The notes beneath the pieces are model-generated. The model searched no databases. It had not been told where the DNA came from and saw only the letters and a list, made by a program, of their open reading frames with translations. A DNA stretch of 64,000 nt, from assembly GCA_009103225.1 (NCBI GenBank), contig RHPI01000008.1, forward strand, positions 486,015 through 550,014, read 5' to 3'. Made by a program: the position numbers and the translations under genes. Source of the stretch: Chlorokybus atmophyticus. Its lineage: Eukaryota; Plantae; Mesostigma and Chlorokybus algae. Each line of letters starts with the position of its first letter. The stretch's first letter is position 1. Positions 61,701 to 64,000 of the stretch are shown one piece after another.

Positions 61701-61901
61701 ACAAGTGGCGATGGTGAGGATGTTGAGATGCGATTCGCGGACGACAGCCGCGCGGTTGAGCTGTTGATACGGCAGGCTCAGGCAGCGTTTCCGGACGGGA
61801 AAGTGAGCGCAGCACGCGACTACCTCCGCATTCCTGTGCCCCGCTATGATCATGGAACTGCCGAACAGCAGCCTGTGACCACGAATAAGTTTGACATCTA
61901 G
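58768..61901 (+). CDS. rnz: Bacterial-type short tRNase Z with N-terminal SAP-like motif
   Basis: [35 protein letters not shown] (HxHxDH), exosite [44 protein letters not shown]; upstream exon [20 protein letters not shown]. The 5' exons are uncertain. Confidence 0.9.
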
Positions 61902-62942
61902 ATGACGGCCACTGCACGCTGGGCACCAATGCTTTGCGCTGGTCGGCAGTTTGGCTCTTTGGCAGTGCCACGTGTACCACTAATTGCAAGGCACGTTGAT
62001 ACAGTGTTGCAAGTCACAAGAGCCCAGGCACCTTAGATTAACACTGTACAGCTATTACCAGCTGGATAGGCTACAGTTATCTTTTAACGGTGAGCGCACG
62101 CCATGGTTGCAGGCCAAGCCCACATGGCAGGTAGCATAGCATAGTCATAAGTAGTGTATGGCGCGACCTGAGGTGGTTGAGGGCAGACAGGGTGCTGGAG
62201 TCAGCATTCTAGCACAGCAAGGTGGGAGGTTGGAAGGAGGGGCCTCAACAAGCCATTTTGCACATACACCCTATGCATGCGGACTACCTAGCATACTATC
62301 TCTTGTACACCTTGTGCATGCCGCTAGTTGTGCCGTAGATCTTTATACACACCGACAGAAGAATTGCACGCTGCAGAAGAGTTGCAGTGCACATATCTTG
62401 CACGCACTTGCTTGTGTCTCAAGCACTTGCGGGCTGACATTGACTGATTGCGTCCTGCTGCGCTACAAGTTATAACAATGGATGGAACTCGAATAGCTTG
62501 TTGTTGAAGGTGTAAGCTGCCTCATTTGATCTTGCAGTATGGTGCAATGGTTCATGTTGTGTCCAAAATATTGACCTTGTGCAAATGCAGTCACTGAGGT
62601 CTTCGTGATTTATGTATGTACACAAGTACATGGTCTACAAGACAAGCTGAGAGAAAGTGCTTCGTGTAGTATAAGTTCGTATGCTGTTGGACAAACACTC
62701 ATTGCAGGGCATTTTCGGTTCAGGGCAGCGCTAGCTAGCCTAGATTGTGGTACACACCGTGCACTACTCAACCGCAGCCACTGCAGGCGCTCTAGAGCTG
62801 CATATGTTTCAAACCACGGCATGCAGTTGGCACGGGTCTTGCGTCAGTGAAGACAAGCCGCGGACTGGACCCGACAAGCACACAAAGCAAGCCTTGTGAA
62901 CAACACCGCTATCGCAACGCAGGCATCCCACGCATGTGCATA

Positions 62943-64000
62943 TTACGGGAACTCTATAGCCTGAACGTCGTGTTCTTTCTCATCACTCAAGTCGGCAGCC
63001 TCAGGAAACAACGTAAACTCGCCGTCGCTCCAGCGCGCTTCGGGTACTATAATTGACGTGGCCATCTCAATCCCAAACAACCTCTGCAGACACCACAACC
63101 AGAGTCATGATGGGCACAGCAATGCACCGCAAACCCTCCGCCAGAGGAAGTTTAATGCACAGCCCCTTGTTGATCACAACAGCGCGGCAATAGTATCAAC
63201 TCACCAGCAACTTGGCAGCCTCTGGCGACAACGGCTGGCCCTCTCGACACACCGTGTAATCCGATACCAACTCCACAACTCCTGCGAGTGCACGCAATGT
63301 GTTACACAAAGTGCTTCAAGCCTGGATGCGTGCGCATGCCCACATCCGAGAAGGCTGTCAACCGGTAAATGAGGAGTAAAATGGCATGAAGTGGGTGCAT
63401 GCCTTTGTTCAGTCGCGTCGGCAACCCCTGTTGCCGCAAAAAAGCTTCCTGATCGTGCGCAAACATATCGAGCGAGCCTGCTGGATACTCAATCTGTAAC
63501 AGGGGCAAACCCAACGCACAATCAATAACCAATGTACATACAACAATCACGATCTATACCCTATGCAAACAAGGCTTAGCTAACACAGCAGGAGCCCTCC
63601 CATTACCGCACCGTTTCTCTTGCAATGAAACCGGGACGCGCAAACTCGCTTGCTTCAAAATTGTGAAACACGGTCCTGACCTCCTCTTCCGGAAGGTTTG
63701 TGAAGAACAGCCCTCGGTTGCCCACAACCCTCTGCGCCAAGTCACAAACGGCAAACCCACAAGGTTGAGCAAACAGTAAACCTATGGTAGTACTACGTAC
63801 TAGGAGAGCAAGCCACCCACCTCACTGGCTTTATGTAGGCTGGGTTGTGGCTCGTCCGCTGGGGACCGCCCCAATGCAATTTGCAAGACCTTGTTTGAAC
63901 CGAGGAAAAACCTGCGGCCATGGGATTGAATGAGTAACAACCGCCACAACCACCGCCATTAATACCACCACCACACCAACAACAACAAGCACAGGCCTAG
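62943..64000 (-). CDS. MRT4: Ribosome assembly factor Mrt4, 3' exons (5' part outside window)
   Basis: QIALGRSPADE; GNRGLFFTNLPEEEV..FARPGFIARET; AGSLDMFAHDQEAFLRQQGLPTRLNK; GVVELVSDYTVCREGQPLSPEAAKLL; RLFGIEMA; TAA at 62943-62945. Confidence 0.93.

Overview
Eukaryotic, intron-rich (GT-AG), standard-code nuclear DNA of roughly 50% GC from a plastid-bearing green lineage. An early-diverging streptophyte-like alga is my inference from plant-type genes (PLA-I, FKBP13, TBL esterase), cyanobacterial-type M23 peptidase and RNase Z genes, and telo-boxes. Host genes, assembled by hand from splice signals: patatin phospholipase A I (3' part), NDUFA5, an uncharacterised protein, an MscS-like channel, a TBL/PC-esterase, VPS39, two tandem CCCH-finger sulfotransferase-like genes, an M23 peptidase, SF3A3, a C2-domain Pro-rich protein, FKBP13, a SAP-domain RNase Z and MRT4 (3' part). 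The main feature is an 11.7-kb DNA transposon (11375-23082) with 39-bp TIRs and a 4-bp AAGG target-site duplication. It encodes a Sola2-type transposase (+) and, divergently, a 14-exon ~1370-codon cargo gene (-) with ParB-like, beta-class amino (N6A/N4C) DNA-methyltransferase-like and PHD-like domains. About 17 copies of a 20-bp palindrome (GTTGGCAAA-NN-TTTGCCAAC) lie only in its non-coding parts. The element is decaying: a catalytic D>G change, two in-frame TAA codons, and a CpG-deamination signature in the TIRs. Small TA-flanked MITE-like elements and two assembly gaps are also present. All domain calls come from motif recognition, not database searches.
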